In this document: positions 10,113 to 19,700 of the stretch, piece by piece | How positions within the stretch are numbered: the stretch's first letter is position 1 | Layout: each line of letters opens with the position of its first letter | Origin: an uncultured euryarchaeote | GTDB lineage: Archaea > Thermoplasmatota > Poseidoniia > Poseidoniales > Poseidoniaceae | Length of the DNA: 64,000 nt | NCBI GenBank assembly: GCA_937899865.1 | Contig: CALBRH010000001.1 | Location: 32,001 to 96,000 of the forward strand | Direction of reading: 5' to 3' | Notes under the pieces: generated by a model | What the model saw: the letters and a program-made list of their open reading frames with translations, nothing else | What the model was told of the DNA's origin: nothing | The model's database searches: none | Position numbers and translations under genes: made by a program

Positions 10113-10549
10113 TGAAGCATAGTCAACAAGTTGGCGATGATAGAGGACAAATGCTGCTTGCAACAGGTGTAGTTCTATTGCTTTCATTATTGTCTATGGC
10201 AGTATTTAGTGTCAAAGTGGCAGGTTTAACTTCTGCCCATGAACCAAATGCAGATTCTGTAATTGAAACAACAAAGGAAGTTGTTGACATATTACCTTCA
10301 CTGGCTGAAAATCGTACAGAGATATGGATTTCAAGTGGCATGGAACGGATTGACGCAGCAGAATTGGCTATGTCAAGTATTCATGATGATTTATTACATC
10401 ATGGGGAAATTAGAGGAGTTGAAGTAAAAATGCAGGAAATCATAGTTTCGGTAATTGATGGAACAACGATGGAAATCTCACTTGACTTAGGAATCACAGA
10501 CGATTCTTCAACTTTACAAAGTCAAGTTACTTTCACTATCAATAATTAA
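10112..10549 (+). CDS. Pilin-like protein with class III signal peptide
   Basis: MKHSQQVGDDRG|QMLLATGVVLLLSLLSMAVF (RG|Q cleavage site followed by a hydrophobic helix). TAATG stop/start overlap with the previous gene. Confidence 0.75.
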   Translation: MKHSQQVGDDRGQMLLATGVVLLLSLLSMAVFSVKVAGLTSAHEPNADSVIETTKEVVDILPSLAENRTEIWISSGMERIDAAELAMSSIHDDLLHHGEIRGVEVKMQEIIVSVIDGTTMEISLDLGITDDSSTLQSQVTFTINN

Positions 10550-11205
10550 CTACGACTTTGATTCCAAGCCACATCTAAATGATGTTCAATTTTCTCTAAA
10601 TCACTAGAAACTCGAGAAATATCAACTACGGGCCAAGATGAAATCTTTGATCTTTCAATTAAACCATCTTGTATTCTTCTTATGCGTTCGAAGTTGGCAA
10701 TGTAACGATCGTGCCTCCTAAATGAATGGGCATCTCGAGATTTTATCATTGATTTATGCTTCTCTTCATCACTAACGGCCATAATCACACCAACTGCAAT
10801 ACCCCCAGAATCAATCCAACTACGAATTAAACGATCACTTGGGATAATGTGAACTCCCTCTAATAACAAGTCAATACCTTCTCTCATGGCTCGATTTATT
10901 GTCGCCTCTATGCCTTTTTCCACAGCTTGACAAGTATCAATCCAGTCTAGTATCGCATCATTCGAATCACCAATTGAAAAAGACGATCTATGTAGAGCGG
11001 GATCGGTTTGAAGTTCATCTGTTGAGCGTAGAATCTCTCTAATTGCATCCGTTGAAATCAACCGAGCAAAATTGCTTTTTGCAGCAATTTTCATTGATAC
11101 AGTTGACTTTCCTGTGCCCGTTGCTCCAGCAATAATTAGCAATCTCGGAGGTCTGTTGGCAATAGTCTTAGCTGTTGTATCAGCAAGACCAATTGTTCGA
11201 GCCAT
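10546..11205 (-). CDS. 2-phosphoglycerate-kinase-family P-loop kinase
   Basis: IIAGATGTGKST, ISTDAIREILR, ALHRSS and LLEGVHIIP motifs. Start at ATG 11205. Confidence 0.75.
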   Translation of the reverse strand: MARTIGLADTTAKTIANRPPRLLIIAGATGTGKSTVSMKIAAKSNFARLISTDAIREILRSTDELQTDPALHRSSFSIGDSNDAILDWIDTCQAVEKGIEATINRAMREGIDLLLEGVHIIPSDRLIRSWIDSGGIAVGVIMAVSDEEKHKSMIKSRDAHSFRRHDRYIANFERIRRIQDGLIERSKISSWPVVDISRVSSDLEKIEHHLDVAWNQSRS

Positions 11206-11322
11206 GGTGCATGTATGGTGAACTGTCAATTATAGTTATCATGGTAAAAACACCAAATTTTGTTGGTTATTGGGCTTACATTATGAGCGAACACCTTTGA
11301 ATAGAAACTTTGTCGGCTAATT

Positions 11323-12759
11323 ATGAGCGCAGAAAAAATGTATATTGCGGGAGATTGGGTTGATTCAGATAATGGAGATGTTAGTAATGCAATTAATCCT
11401 GCAACAGGAAAATCAATTTCAACCGTTCCAAAAGCAACATTGAATGATGTTGACCGCTGTGTGGAGGCGGCAAATTCTGCGTTACAAAGTTCTGAATGGA
11501 AAAATATGGATCCTGCCCAAAGAGGACGTATTTTGAATAAAATGGCTGCAGTAACTTATGGTGCTGCTAAGGAATTAGCAAAGATAGAATCGGAAAATAA
11601 TGGTAAAACCTTCCGAGAAGCACTTTCTGAGATTCGCTATGGTGCATGGACTTTGGAGTACTTTGCCGGATTAGCTGATAAGATCGAGGGCAGTACTATA
11701 CCAGTCCCAGGTAATAGATTGAATTACACATTAAGACAACCTATTGGAGTTACGGCACACATTGTTCCATGGAATTTCCCACTACAATTAGCGTTACGTT
11801 CAATTGCACCTGCGCTTGCTGCAGGTTGTACAGTTATTGCAAAACCGGCATCATGGACACCGCTTTCTCTTCTAGCATGGATGAAAAAGATTGACGAAGC
11901 AGAAGTTGGACTACCATCAGGGGTATTGCAAGTCATCACTGGTTCAGGCGGATTGGTTGGTGACGCACTTGCTGGGCACAAAGGAGTCGATGGAATTGTG
12001 CTAACTGGAGGAGTGCCAACTGGTAAAACTGTGATGGCAAAAGCGAGCGAGAATCTAACGCCAGTCACTCTTGAACTAGGCGGTAAAGGTGCAAATATTG
12101 TGTTTCCAGATGCTAATCTGAAGTATGCTGCTAAAGCAATTTGTTTTGGAATATTTATGAATGCAGGACAGATGTGTTGGGCCGGTTCAAGATTGCTTGT
12201 TCATGAAGATATTCATGATGAATTAGTTGAAGCAGTAGTTGCTGAAGTCGGTAAATGGAAAGTTGGTCCGGGCATGGCAGAAGGAGTTAGAATCGGTAGC
12301 CTCGTCCATGAATCACATCGTTCTGAAGTATTAGAAAAACTTGCCAACGGAATCTCTCATGGTGGCGAAATTGTATGTGGTGGTAACGCAGTAAGTGGAG
12401 ATGGAGCTTTCATGGAAGCAACAGTAGTTACTGGAGTAGATGTAGAAAATCCATTATTTTATGATGAGTTATTTGGACCTGTTTTGTCAGTGACCAAATT
12501 TTCAACTGATGAAGAGGCTTTGTCTTTAGCCAATCATTCCGATTTCGGATTATTGAACGGAGTATGGACAAATGATCTTAGTAGGGCTCACAATTTAGCA
12601 CGTGATCTTGAATCCGGTATGGTTTCGATAAATGAATATCCAATTACTTTCCCACAAACCGCATTTACTGGCTGGAAACAATCGGGAATTGGTATTGAGC
12701 AAAGCAAGGACGCACTTCGCTTCTATACTAAAGTAAAGAACGTAAATGTCAAACTTTGA
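11323..12759 (+). CDS. NAD(P)-dependent aldehyde dehydrogenase
   Basis: PWNFP, KPA, catalytic LELGGK (Glu), NAGQMCWAG (Cys) and ELFGPV motifs. Confidence 0.95.
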   Translation: MSAEKMYIAGDWVDSDNGDVSNAINPATGKSISTVPKATLNDVDRCVEAANSALQSSEWKNMDPAQRGRILNKMAAVTYGAAKELAKIESENNGKTFREALSEIRYGAWTLEYFAGLADKIEGSTIPVPGNRLNYTLRQPIGVTAHIVPWNFPLQLALRSIAPALAAGCTVIAKPASWTPLSLLAWMKKIDEAEVGLPSGVLQVITGSGGLVGDALAGHKGVDGIVLTGGVPTGKTVMAKASENLTPVTLELGGKGANIVFPDANLKYAAKAICFGIFMNAGQMCWAGSRLLVHEDIHDELVEAVVAEVGKWKVGPGMAEGVRIGSLVHESHRSEVLEKLANGISHGGEIVCGGNAVSGDGAFMEATVVTGVDVENPLFYDELFGPVLSVTKFSTDEEALSLANHSDFGLLNGVWTNDLSRAHNLARDLESGMVSINEYPITFPQTAFTGWKQSGIGIEQSKDALRFYTKVKNVNVKL

Positions 12760-12768
12760 GGCCTATAT

Positions 12769-13551
12769 ATGCCAGTTGAAACTAGTAACTTAGGTGACGG
12801 TGTTGCATTGGTGACAATGGCAGGTAAATCTGCCACTCAATCCTTTTCAATGGAATTTTTACCACAAATCGCTGAAGCGATAGATTCGGCTTTGTCCGAT
12901 AAATCAATCAAGGCAATTGTCATTACAGGCGAGGGTAAATTCTTCTCAGCAGGTGCTGATATCAATGCTTTTGCTAAGTCAATTGAAAATAATGATGCTC
13001 CAAAATTGATTCGCGATTTAACAGGAATATTACATCCATTAATCGTTAGAATAAGGCAATCACCAACCATTTGCGTTGCAGCAATAAATGGTGCTTGTGC
13101 AGGTGGCGGGCTGGGACTCGCTCTAGCATGTGATGTTAGAATCGCCACCTCTGGTGCAAAAATAGCAGCCTCTTATTCCGGCATGGGCTTATCTCCAGAT
13201 GGTGGGACTACATGGTTGCTACCGAGACTGGTAGGAACTCAGAATAGCCGCAAATTTTTCTTTGAAAACAGTATTTGGAATGCTCAACAATCACTTGATT
13301 ATGGTGCAATTGATGAATTGGTTGAATCTTCAGAATTATTGTCACGGGCAACTGAAGTTGCAAAACTTTGGAGTTCTTGGGGCCAACACACTAAAGAAGC
13401 TACTAAACATCTGCTCGATGTACAAACTCACCATGATTTTGAAACACATCTAAAGCATGAGAGAACTCTAATTGAAGCAGCAGGAACAACTGATGCTTTC
13501 AAAGAAGGAGTTGCAGCATTTTTGGAAAAGCGTAAGCCCAATTTTGATTAG
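12769..13551 (+). CDS. Enoyl-CoA hydratase/isomerase, PaaG-like
   Basis: FFSAGADI, AINGACAGGG, GLSPDGGTTWLLPRLVG and FKEGVAAFLEKRKPNF resemble PaaG-type crotonases. Confidence 0.85.
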   Translation: MPVETSNLGDGVALVTMAGKSATQSFSMEFLPQIAEAIDSALSDKSIKAIVITGEGKFFSAGADINAFAKSIENNDAPKLIRDLTGILHPLIVRIRQSPTICVAAINGACAGGGLGLALACDVRIATSGAKIAASYSGMGLSPDGGTTWLLPRLVGTQNSRKFFFENSIWNAQQSLDYGAIDELVESSELLSRATEVAKLWSSWGQHTKEATKHLLDVQTHHDFETHLKHERTLIEAAGTTDAFKEGVAAFLEKRKPNFD

Positions 13552-14438
13552 AACTCTGGCATTTCAGTTTCTTCTGCTGTGCCATTTGACCAATCATAAA
13601 TGCCCATTCCAGTTTTTTTGCCCAATCGATTTTCACTGACTAATTTCTCAAGTAGTGGATGAGGTGCGTATGAATCATCATCAAACGATTCTTGTAGATT
13701 TTTTAATATGTCTCTTCTAACATCAAGACCAACAAGGTCTGTAAGTTCTAATGGACCCATCGGGTGCTTGTAACCTAGTACCATTGCGGTGTCAATATCC
13801 TTGGCACTAGCAACTCCATCGGCTAGCATTTTAATTGCTTCATTTCCAAGAACAACTCCTAACCTAGATGTTGCAAAACCAGGAACATCATTAACCAATA
13901 TTGTAGTTTTATTTATTGCATCACCAAACTCTTTAGCAACTTCAATCGTTTCTTTAGAACATTGATCATGTTTTACTAATTCAAGTAATTTCATTATTGG
14001 TACAGGGTTGAAAAAATGCATCCCAATGACTTTCTCAGGACGTCCTGATGCTGCAGCAATATCAGCAATAGATAGAGAGGAAGTGTTTGTTCCCAAGATA
14101 CATTCTTCCTTTGTTTCAATTCCAAGTACGTGGAATATCCTAGCCTTTATTTGTAAATTTTCGGGGACGGCTTCAATTACTAGATCAACATCTTTTACCG
14201 CAGCAGGTAAATCTTGATACGCGTGAAGATTAGTTGCCCACTTCTTTTTCTGTTCAAGCGTAGTTTTACCTCGAGCTATCCCCTTTTCCCAAAATGCATC
14301 AATCGCTTTCATACCTTTGTCTAAGCCATCAGGAAATGCATCATACAAATTGGTTTTCCATCCTGCTTGAGCACAAACTTGAGCAATTCCTGCTCCCATA
14401 GTTCCAGCGCCAATTATTGCAACTTTGGTAATGCCCAT
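13548..14438 (-). CDS. 3-hydroxyacyl-CoA dehydrogenase (PaaH/Hbd-like)
   Basis: GAGTMG Rossmann motif, IEAVPE, TNTSSL, GMHFFNPVP and HPMGPLELTDLVGLD. Start at ATG 14438. Confidence 0.95.
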   Translation of the reverse strand: MGITKVAIIGAGTMGAGIAQVCAQAGWKTNLYDAFPDGLDKGMKAIDAFWEKGIARGKTTLEQKKKWATNLHAYQDLPAAVKDVDLVIEAVPENLQIKARIFHVLGIETKEECILGTNTSSLSIADIAAASGRPEKVIGMHFFNPVPIMKLLELVKHDQCSKETIEVAKEFGDAINKTTILVNDVPGFATSRLGVVLGNEAIKMLADGVASAKDIDTAMVLGYKHPMGPLELTDLVGLDVRRDILKNLQESFDDDSYAPHPLLEKLVSENRLGKKTGMGIYDWSNGTAEETEMPEF

Positions 14439-14439
14439 A

Positions 14440-15384
14440 TTACATGCCAATCGGTGATGCTTCATCATGGTTGCTTGTCAGAGAATTATTTCGCTGGGCA
14501 ATTATAACTCCTCCAGTAATTAGTATGAATGCGAAAAATAGGGATATACCGAGTTTCTCTTGCAATAATAAAAATCCACCAATAATACCAAACGGTGGTA
14601 CAAGGTAAACATATAGTGCACTCATAGAAGCACCGATTTTCACAATACCATCGGCAAACCAAACATATGATATTACAGTTGAAAATAGAGCTAAGAAGAT
14701 TAATCCGACCCATCCATTAAAACTGGGCATAATTATTCCTTTAGTTGCCGATTCAACAGCGACCATAGGTGTTAAAATTATCAGACCGGCTACAGAAGAC
14801 CAAACCGTCAATTCAAGAGGATTAAGTGGTTTTTGCGCTGCTTTAGCTGGAGACGTCATTGCCTTTTTCATCAGTATAGTATTACATGCCCAAGATAATG
14901 CAGCCCCTGCAATCAAAATATTTCCTAGAATTCTATCAGATAATGGTATGTCAACATTTGGCGAATAATAGAATAGAATTGCTACCCCGCTAACACCCAT
15001 TATCAAACCAATAACTAAGTTTAGATGCATTTTTTCGCCAAGAAAAATAACTGCTAAAATCGTAGTAAATAGTGGATTAAATGTAATCATTAAAGACGCA
15101 TCACCGGCAGCAGTAAATTGCATTCCATACATGAAAAATGCTTGATAAACAACGGTTGAAAAGAAACCAATGAGAAAAATTCTTCCCCATTCTGCTCGGT
15201 TTGGAAACATCCATTGCCCAGTCAGTCTTAAGAAAATTAGAAAACTTACAGTAGCAATTACATATCGTAGCCATGATGCGGTGAATGGTAGAATATCATT
15301 TGCTACCACTCTTCCTGCAGGCCAACCAAAGCCCCAAATTACTGCTACCAAAAACAACTTAAAATGAATCAAAAAATTATTCAT
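14440..15384 (-). CDS. DMT superfamily (EamA/RhaT) transporter
   Basis: About 10 TM segments. IWGFGWPAGR, LMITFNPLF..ILAVIFLGEK and LLLQEKL are duplicated EamA motifs. Confidence 0.9.
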   Translation of the reverse strand: MNNFLIHFKLFLVAVIWGFGWPAGRVVANDILPFTASWLRYVIATVSFLIFLRLTGQWMFPNRAEWGRIFLIGFFSTVVYQAFFMYGMQFTAAGDASLMITFNPLFTTILAVIFLGEKMHLNLVIGLIMGVSGVAILFYYSPNVDIPLSDRILGNILIAGAALSWACNTILMKKAMTSPAKAAQKPLNPLELTVWSSVAGLIILTPMVAVESATKGIIMPSFNGWVGLIFLALFSTVISYVWFADGIVKIGASMSALYVYLVPPFGIIGGFLLLQEKLGISLFFAFILITGGVIIAQRNNSLTSNHDEASPIGM

Positions 15385-15917
15385 TCAAATCGCTCCAAAC
15401 CTAGTTGGAGCATTCTTGATCTAGGGAGTCCAATTTCTGGAAGACCTTTAGCAGGCGCATATATCTTCAAACCTTCAATTCTTGAAACATACAGGCCATA
15501 ACTTGCCATATCATCCAGTTTGTAAGGTGTTTCAAGCCCCATTTCGGTTAGTGCATCACAGGCTTTCTGACTGTAAATAGGGTATAAATTAGTAGAGAAA
15601 TGCATCCATTCAGAGATTCTCTGAGTATCAATTCCATCAATAGTCAAAAGATGTTGAAGTAGGGCGACGTCTGGATAAGAAACCGTTCGAATAATCATTT
15701 CAATTTCATTAGTGACTTCTTCTGGGAAAACGAAAGGTTGTCTTTGAGACCAATTTTCAGCGACTTTTATGTGCTCCATCGACGCTTTATCTTGAATAGC
15801 AAATATTGCTTTAGAATATTCTTCGTCATCAATACTGTCAGCAACAAGAGAAGGTAGTTTAGAATAGAAGTTTTCACATCTATCGACATCTACTCCGTAG
15901 AGGGAAACAGGGATCAT
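15381..15917 (-). CDS. Hypothetical protein (possible degenerate helix-hairpin-helix fold)
   Basis: 178-aa ORF with an ATGA overlap to the EamA gene. Contains the segment LLTIDGIDTQRISEWMHF...YPIY. Confidence 0.7.
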   Translation of the reverse strand: MIPVSLYGVDVDRCENFYSKLPSLVADSIDDEEYSKAIFAIQDKASMEHIKVAENWSQRQPFVFPEEVTNEIEMIIRTVSYPDVALLQHLLTIDGIDTQRISEWMHFSTNLYPIYSQKACDALTEMGLETPYKLDDMASYGLYVSRIEGLKIYAPAKGLPEIGLPRSRMLQLGLERFE

Positions 15918-15933
15918 ATTGACTCCACCTTAA

Positions 15934-17094
15934 TTATGCAGATGCGCCAATGCCGGATTCGATTTGTCTGGTAGACATAGGTTTGTTAGCAATCCATTCT
16001 TGTTTGAATAATTCTTTCAAATCAATTTCATCTTGTGGTATTGGCAATACTGTGGTTAGATATTCTGCATAGTCTTCGTCTGTGCCTTCGAATTTAGTAC
16101 CGTCGACATAGTATTTTTCACCCTTTGTAGCACCGATATCTCGATTGAAGTTTTCATGTGGCACGTACAACTGAGGTGATCCTTCAGGTAAGTATCCGCA
16201 GAGTTTCTTTACTTCACCTACTATTTCATCGTGGTAGTGGCCTCTTGATTCTTCATTCAAAATTTCCTTATCAACTTCAATACCAGCATCCAGTTTCTTG
16301 CGTTCATCCCAGCGTCCTTTAATGCCCCAAACATATGCCCAATGAGCAGAAGATGAAGCATCTACGCCAAATAGATCGTGAGCCGTTGATACCCACTTGT
16401 TGATATATCTCTGTAGCATATCTAGAGGTATTACTCCAGCTTTGATAATCCTCCTGAGTCCATTTGAACCAGTTCCCAAGTGGAATGATTCTTCCTTAAG
16501 CATTGGCCCCATAGAAGCAGCAAGTGGCTTGAAAGCAGAGGTTGAAAGCATACCTAATTGGAACTTCCCGTCTCTATCTACAAACATAGTATAGCAAAAG
16601 AAGTCAAGCCAGTGTGGCATTGGGCGATTAAATGCTCCAAGTAATCTGTCGCCATCTTGAGCGTTTCGTTCAAGCAATTTTTGCGCCTCTCTTCTACCTT
16701 GTTGCCCAAAATAAGTCATAAGTAAGTAAGCCATTTGCCATCCATGACGTTGTTCTTCAGCCATAATTCTAGCTGCAGCATAGCGATCATAATCAGTTGG
16801 AGCAGATGCTAACAAGTGTCTTTGTTGTTCTACAGATGCGAATTCAGTGTCACCCTGAACAGTAATCATGGTGATTAGAGCATCACGCATACTTTGATGA
16901 GGAACTTGTAAAGCCCTTTCCCACTTTGCTCTTCCCTGATAATCACCAAATTCAATAACATCTCCGGCTCTTTCCCAGTCAAATAATACTGAAAGCTCAA
17001 AGTCTCCTAACCAAGAAGGGTCAAATCCTACTCTCCCTTGCCAGTCTTCAAAGTTCGAAATCCACTCTTCCCAAGTATTCGGTAAGTTGTCCAT
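15934..17094 (-). CDS. BoxB/PaaA-family diiron aromatic acyl-CoA epoxidase-like subunit
   Basis: QGDTEFASVEQQRHL, EEQRHGW (ExxH), FVDRDGKFQL and EESFH (ExxH) match BoxB-type ferritin-like diiron motifs. Confidence 0.85.
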   Translation of the reverse strand: MDNLPNTWEEWISNFEDWQGRVGFDPSWLGDFELSVLFDWERAGDVIEFGDYQGRAKWERALQVPHQSMRDALITMITVQGDTEFASVEQQRHLLASAPTDYDRYAAARIMAEEQRHGWQMAYLLMTYFGQQGRREAQKLLERNAQDGDRLLGAFNRPMPHWLDFFCYTMFVDRDGKFQLGMLSTSAFKPLAASMGPMLKEESFHLGTGSNGLRRIIKAGVIPLDMLQRYINKWVSTAHDLFGVDASSSAHWAYVWGIKGRWDERKKLDAGIEVDKEILNEESRGHYHDEIVGEVKKLCGYLPEGSPQLYVPHENFNRDIGATKGEKYYVDGTKFEGTDEDYAEYLTTVLPIPQDEIDLKELFKQEWIANKPMSTRQIESGIGASA

Positions 17095-17144
17095 GATTAT
17101 CCGAGGCTGGGCTTATCCTTATTGTCTTTGCGAACATGTTCGTA

Positions 17145-17759
17145 TTAGGATAAAATTTCATCATAATACTTGTCAATTACTTTGCTTTCTATTGAATGTA
17201 GCATAACAGACAGCGTTGATTTAGTAATTCCTAATTCAGTTGATAAATCTGTTAAAGTAACTTCTCTTGGCGCAGTCCAGTAACCTCTGCGGAACGCCAA
17301 TTCAAAGACTTCCCGTTGTCTCGCTGTCAAAAGTTTCTCTTCGCTTGAACGAGTAGATTTGAGTTTCATCTGAAGATTTTCTAATTCGATTTCATTTACC
17401 AATTGCTTAGCTTGTTCAGACGAACATTGAATCGTCCAGTCTGCCCACCCGTCTATGACATCAAAAGGAGTTCTCGGAACTACACCTACGGTCCTCAAAG
17501 GTCTGATGAAACCACCTCCTCCGCTAGCGATTGTTACACTTGCTTTGTCGTCACCAAGCAAATTAACAGTCTCGACACCACTAAGGTTTCCTAAATCTGA
17601 AAGTAACTCTTGTTCCGCAGCAATTTGTGCAGTTCCTCTGCCCTTTCCAAGTGGCATAGTTTCGATTATCTGCAAAACTAAGTTGGGGTGATTTCTTGTT
17701 ACTTCTCCAGCCCAATGGCCGTTAGGTAGACGAACTTCAATTCTTACTATTTGGGACAT
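17145..17759 (-). CDS. Archaeal HTH-10 (bacterio-opsin-activator-type) transcriptional regulator
   Basis: C-terminal LTARQREVFELAFRRGYWTAPREVTLTDLSTELGITKSTLSVMLHSIESKV. Confidence 0.92.
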   Translation of the reverse strand: MSQIVRIEVRLPNGHWAGEVTRNHPNLVLQIIETMPLGKGRGTAQIAAEQELLSDLGNLSGVETVNLLGDDKASVTIASGGGGFIRPLRTVGVVPRTPFDVIDGWADWTIQCSSEQAKQLVNEIELENLQMKLKSTRSSEEKLLTARQREVFELAFRRGYWTAPREVTLTDLSTELGITKSTLSVMLHSIESKVIDKYYDEILS

Positions 17760-17763
17760 GTAA

Positions 17764-18720
17764 TCACGAACTGTGTATACGATCATGCCTTGTTAATTGT
17801 TTACTTTCAACATCGATCATTTCTGCAAAAGTTGCTATTGTTCCATCGTCTTTTAACTGTACACCTGGTAAATAACCATCACATACCCCGGATGCAACAA
17901 AAATGGCATCATCCGATTGACACAAATCTTTAGCATCCCACAATCTTGTCAAATCATCATCAATCATGTTCTTAGCGCGTGCTTCTTCTTGGTCAGAACG
18001 GAATACCAATCTGCCTTCAAATACTCCTCCAATACCTCGAATTGCAGTTGCAGTAATTACGCCTTCAGGTGCAGCACCGATTCCTAGTAACATGTCATGT
18101 TCGCCTTCAGGTCTTGCAGCCCACAGTGCAGCAGATATATCGCCATCACCAAGAAGATGTAATTGAGCACCCATACTATTTACTTCTTTGAACAAATCAT
18201 GGTGTCTCGGTCTATCAAGTGCTATTATTCGGACCTCTTCAACGGGTTTGTCAAGCACTGAAGCAACTTGTTCAATATTGTATGATACTCCAGCATCTAG
18301 GCTAATATGTCCTTCCATTTCAGGTCCTGCAGCAATTTTGTCCATGTAACAATCAGGAGCATGCAATAGTGTTCCTCTAGGTGCAGCAGCAAGAACCGCA
18401 ATCGAATTTGGTAAGTTATCAGCACAATTATTTGTACATTCCAATGGGTCGACAGCAATATCTATTGCAGCAACATTAGGGTTGCCTATTTCACAACCTA
18501 ATTGCTCACCAATATACAACATTGGGGCTTCATCTCTCTCGCCTTCACCAATTGCAACTCGACCATCAAATGGAACGCTGTCAAAGGTCATTCGCATAGC
18601 CTCCACAGCAGCAGCATCAGCAGCCATCTTGTCGCCTTTACCACGCCACTTTGCACTAGCGATAGCAGCCAAATCAACCGCATCAAGGAAGTGATTTGCT
18701 AATTGCGAAACCTTGCCCAT
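17764..18720 (-). CDS. glpX: Class II fructose-1,6-bisphosphatase (GlpX)
   Basis: ADAAAVEAMR, IGEGERDEAPMLYIGE, DIAVDPLE, DRPRH and GAAPEGVITA motifs. Confidence 0.95.
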   Translation of the reverse strand: MGKVSQLANHFLDAVDLAAIASAKWRGKGDKMAADAAAVEAMRMTFDSVPFDGRVAIGEGERDEAPMLYIGEQLGCEIGNPNVAAIDIAVDPLECTNNCADNLPNSIAVLAAAPRGTLLHAPDCYMDKIAAGPEMEGHISLDAGVSYNIEQVASVLDKPVEEVRIIALDRPRHHDLFKEVNSMGAQLHLLGDGDISAALWAARPEGEHDMLLGIGAAPEGVITATAIRGIGGVFEGRLVFRSDQEEARAKNMIDDDLTRLWDAKDLCQSDDAIFVASGVCDGYLPGVQLKDDGTIATFAEMIDVESKQLTRHDRIHSS

Positions 18721-18768
18721 GAAACAAGTGGATAGATGCTAATCAATGAACAATGCGGTTTTGATTAG

Positions 18769-19218
18769 TTAATCGGATTTATATTTTTCAACGATTCTAA
18801 CATCGCAAATCTCGCTGTTAGGATATTGTCCATCAGCATCTTTTTCATATGACTTGACCATGTCAAGAGCACACAATAATCCAGCACAAACTCCGGTTAT
18901 AGCCTCCATTTCGATGCCTGTTTTGTAGTGGGCTGTAACACTAACAGTACAACGTAATGAATTTTCTAAAAGCTCCCAATTAACCTTACATCCTTCTAAT
19001 GGGATTGGATGACAATGAGGAATAATTCTCGGAGTTTCTTTGACAGCTTGAATAGCTGCGATAGTTGAGGCCTCGATCACATCACCTTTTTTCACTTGAT
19101 TAGAAGAGATTGCTTCTAACGATTTTTGAGATAATTTTAGTATTCCTGTGGCGACTGCACTTCGCACCACAATCTCTTTTTGAGTAATATCAACCACACC
19201 TTCAATTTCTTTTTTCAT
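18769..19218 (-). CDS. moaC: Cyclic pyranopterin monophosphate synthase
   Basis: VKKGDV, IPHCHPIPL, TGIEMEAITG and ALDMVKS motifs. Confidence 0.93.
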   Translation of the reverse strand: MKKEIEGVVDITQKEIVVRSAVATGILKLSQKSLEAISSNQVKKGDVIEASTIAAIQAVKETPRIIPHCHPIPLEGCKVNWELLENSLRCTVSVTAHYKTGIEMEAITGVCAGLLCALDMVKSYEKDADGQYPNSEICDVRIVEKYKSD

Positions 19219-19222
19219 AATA

Positions 19223-19648
19223 TCAACCTAATCCTGCTTTCCACATCTCGCCCGTTTCAGAAACTTCCTTTTTCCAAATCGGGGCCTGTTTCTTTAATTC
19301 ATCAATCAACCACTCACATGCAAGAAATGCTTCCTTGCGATGAGGGCTTGCAACATGGATAGAAACAATATTTTCCCCAGGCTCAACACTTCCTGTACGA
19401 TGCGACATTGCAATTTTTTTCACACTAAATTTGTCGATTGCTTCAGTGGCTAAACCATGTAAAACATCACCTAATTTATCTTGCCATGCATCGAATTCTA
19501 ATCGATATATTTGTACGCCATTGTCAATTCCTCTAGTTATCCCAAGAAATGAAACAATCGCTCCGCAACCGTCTAAATCCAATGATTCAAGGAGCGACTG
19601 GTGATCTAAATTTATTGGAGACTCCCTAATGATTATGTCTCCGTCCAT
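19223..19648 (-). CDS. moaE: Molybdopterin synthase catalytic subunit
   Basis: GAIVSFLG, HRTG, SPHRKEAF and IDELKKQAPIWKKE motifs. Start at ATG 19648. Confidence 0.93.
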   Translation of the reverse strand: MDGDIIIRESPINLDHQSLLESLDLDGCGAIVSFLGITRGIDNGVQIYRLEFDAWQDKLGDVLHGLATEAIDKFSVKKIAMSHRTGSVEPGENIVSIHVASPHRKEAFLACEWLIDELKKQAPIWKKEVSETGEMWKAGLG

Positions 19649-19700
19649 GCCTATGCGAAGCAAACGCATAATTCAAACCTCACGCCTCGTTGCAGTATAC

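Noticed and set aside
5464-10549. Archaellum (fla/arl) operon
   Set aside because: No flaH, flaF/G or archaellin genes are present, and two TadC-like genes fit a pilus system better.
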